This document shows, one piece after another, positions 62,374 to 64,000 of a stretch of 64,000 bases of DNA. Numbering within the stretch: position 1 is the stretch's first letter; the number at the start of each line of letters is the position of its first letter. The notes beneath the pieces were generated by a model that had not been told where the DNA came from, searched no databases, and saw only the letters and a program-made list of their open reading frames with translations. The translations under genes were made by a program, and so were the position numbers. Source of the DNA: Basidiobolus meristosporus CBS 931.73 (lineage: Eukaryota; Fungi; Basidiobolomycota); contig MCFE01000218.1 in assembly GCA_002104905.1 (NCBI GenBank), positions 60,719 to 124,718 on the forward strand. The letters run 5' to 3'.

Positions 62374-64000
62374 TAGGGGGAGGGAAAGTCACCAAGTTGG
62401 TGAAATCTTTATTTGAGTTAAGAACTAATCTAAGTACAAATAAAGAAGCCAATTCAGAGGTCTAGAACCTCTCTAATAAGTAATCTAATTATATGTTTTG
62501 TTTCTTCTCTAATGTTTGTTTCAATAAAGTAAAGCTCATCAGGGGTAAATATAAAATTCAGGGGTTTTGGGGGAAGTACAAATTGTAGATGTTTCTGATC
62601 AATATAATCCAAGACTGGAACCCAGCCTGGGATTAAGTGCAGTAGGAAAGGTGTGTGGACTTGTAAGTAGCTCTGCCACATAGATCTTAGATGGTCCTGA
62701 GCCAGTAGTCTTGGTTTCTCAGCTTTTTGAAGTTTTGAAGCAAGCTCTGTTACTACAGCAGAGCCAACCAGGGTGTGCCAGCAAGAAGATTTCAGGGAGG
62801 AGTTAGATTGAAGCCATTGTTTGATGGAGGGGTTATGTGATTTCTGAAGTTTGACTAGGAAGGAAGCACGGAGATAGATCATTCGGATTTGGTATGGGTA
62901 GAACCCAAAGGCTCCATTAGTTGCATGGATATAGGGAGATACTGGAAGATAAGGTACCAAGGATCTGATACACTGATGGAGAAATTTATCCAGGCGGTGA
63001 AGTTCTCTGGAGGTTAGGGGTATAATGTGGAGACCAAATTCAAGTACTGGCAGCACATACTGCTTCAGAAGTATAGGGATCTTTTGAATTGGAGTGTCTG
63101 GAGTGACTACTACCAGAAGCTTTTTGAGAGCCTGTTGGGCAAGACGGATCCTATTATTCAGGTGGAGCTTGGAGTCAATCCCATGTTGACAAAACGGCAG
63201 ACCTAGATATATTGCAGTTTGTTGTGGCAGAATGCTAGTGTTCTGTATAGTTGTAGTGCATCCTATTGGGACTGTCTTGGAAATTGAGAGTGAGAGGTTG
63301 TTGGCAGACAAGTACTTCTCAATGATGGCAGTGTCTGCTATGGGATTAGGAGTAGCAATCTTGATATCATCCACATAGAGAGTTAGTAGTGGATAGGGAG
63401 AATCTGGTGAGGGGCCTTTTGGAAATAAAGGAAAGTCATGTAGGAATATCACAAATAATAAGGGACCTAGTACAGATCCTTGGACTACTCCATTTGGAAC
63501 CTCATAAGTCTCTGATGTACAACTTGGATGCAAAATTTTGGCTGAGTTCTCACAAAATAGAGAACATACAAGAAGGGTCATTGGTAGTGTGGTAACTGCT
63601 AATAGCTTTCTCCAAAGCAGAGCTCTGTCCACAGAGTCAAAGGCTTTAGTAATGTCAAACAGAATGGTTGGCAATGAGAATTGAAGTGAATGATCATGGC
63701 TTAGCACTACAGCCATATCCAAGGAGAGTTTGGGCAAGAAGCCAAACTGAGAAGGATGGAATGGATATAGTTGAGATTGCAAGGATTTTGCTATTATAAG
63801 CTCAAAGATTTTCCGGCAGGTTGGTAGGAGTGAAACTGGCCGGTAAGAACCTGGGAGTGAGTGTTTCCCCTTCACTTTGTATAAGGGTATTACATTTGCC
63901 TGTGACCAGGCCTTTGGGGTAGTCAATTGTTGGGCACAGATAGAGTAGAATAGGAGAAGTAAGTGACTCATTTTGGAGTAGCACACCCAGAGTAGATTGT
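62374..64000 (-). mobile_element. Non-LTR (LINE-like) retrotransposon copy A, runs off the window edge
   Basis: RT ORF 62454-63986 plus the shared 3' tail, which ends at 62374. Confidence 0.88.
62454..63986 (-). CDS. Non-LTR reverse transcriptase (copy A), at least 510 aa
   Basis: SYRPVSLLPTCRKIFE, QFGF, FDITKAFDSVDR, GVVQGSVLGP, LYVDDI, YLG; clearly diverged from copy B. Confidence 0.92.
   Translation of the reverse strand: MCYSKMSHLLLLFYSICAQQLTTPKAWSQANVIPLYKVKGKHSLPGSYRPVSLLPTCRKIFELIIAKSLQSQLYPFHPSQFGFLPKLSLDMAVVLSHDHSLQFSLPTILFDITKAFDSVDRALLWRKLLAVTTLPMTLLVCSLFCENSAKILHPSCTSETYEVPNGVVQGSVLGPLLFVIFLHDFPLFPKGPSPDSPYPLLTLYVDDIKIATPNPIADTAIIEKYLSANNLSLSISKTVPIGCTTTIQNTSILPQQTAIYLGLPFCQHGIDSKLHLNNRIRLAQQALKKLLVVVTPDTPIQKIPILLKQYVLPVLEFGLHIIPLTSRELHRLDKFLHQCIRSLVPYLPVSPYIHATNGAFGFYPYQIRMIYLRASFLVKLQKSHNPSIKQWLQSNSSLKSSCWHTLVGSAVVTELASKLQKAEKPRLLAQDHLRSMWQSYLQVHTPFLLHLIPGWVPVLDYIDQKHLQFVLPPKPLNFIFTPDELYFIETNIREETKHIIRLLIREVLDL

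Noticed and set aside
60330-64000. Interpretation as Penelope-like elements, telomerase or bacterial retrons/group II introns
   Set aside because: The RT motifs (YRPISLL, QFGF, DITKAFDSV, GVxQGSVLGP) are of the non-LTR/LINE type; no GIY-YIG, pseudo-LTR, hammerhead core or msr-msd was seen.

Overview
Eukaryotic window, most likely from a fungus (short GT-AG introns of about 55-75 bp, fungal-type genes); an early-diverging lineage is an inference only. It has two compartments. (1) CpG-depleted, heavily nested transposon blocks at about 1-34,700, 51,500-53,250 and 57,450-64,000. These hold a full-length decayed chromoviral Ty3/Gypsy element (77-6120, TSD CACAT), several Ty1/Copia elements, CACTA/EnSpm-like transposase relics, an intact PIF/Harbinger-superfamily (Pangu-like) DNA transposon (19203-22599, TSD AGT), a young non-autonomous LTR element (24447-28592, TSD ATATC) carrying an 825-bp foldback insertion with 360-bp inverted arms and a CCGC TSD, and at the right end a Gypsy gag-protease ORF cut off by three head-to-tail non-LTR retrotransposon copies. 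(2) CpG-normal host gene islands at about 34,750-51,400 and 53,250-57,400. These encode glyoxalase I, an endosulfine (Igo1-like), a 68-aa YABBY/HMG-like protein, a LENG1/CIR-N protein, a DXD glycosyltransferase, a 12-Cys secreted peptide, a metallo-beta-lactamase-fold hydrolase and a 14-TMS MFS transporter. The most unusual signal is the stack of poly(A)-less LINE-like RT elements. Their 3' ends share AATAAA, a conserved stem-loop and a CCCCC(C)TA tail that makes TTAGGG-like junctions, a geometry like end-healing or telomeric retrotransposition. The TSD-flanked foldback element, the CpG-free but intact transposase and the Cys-rich peptide are the next best leads. All alignments and counts were done by eye; no searches were run.
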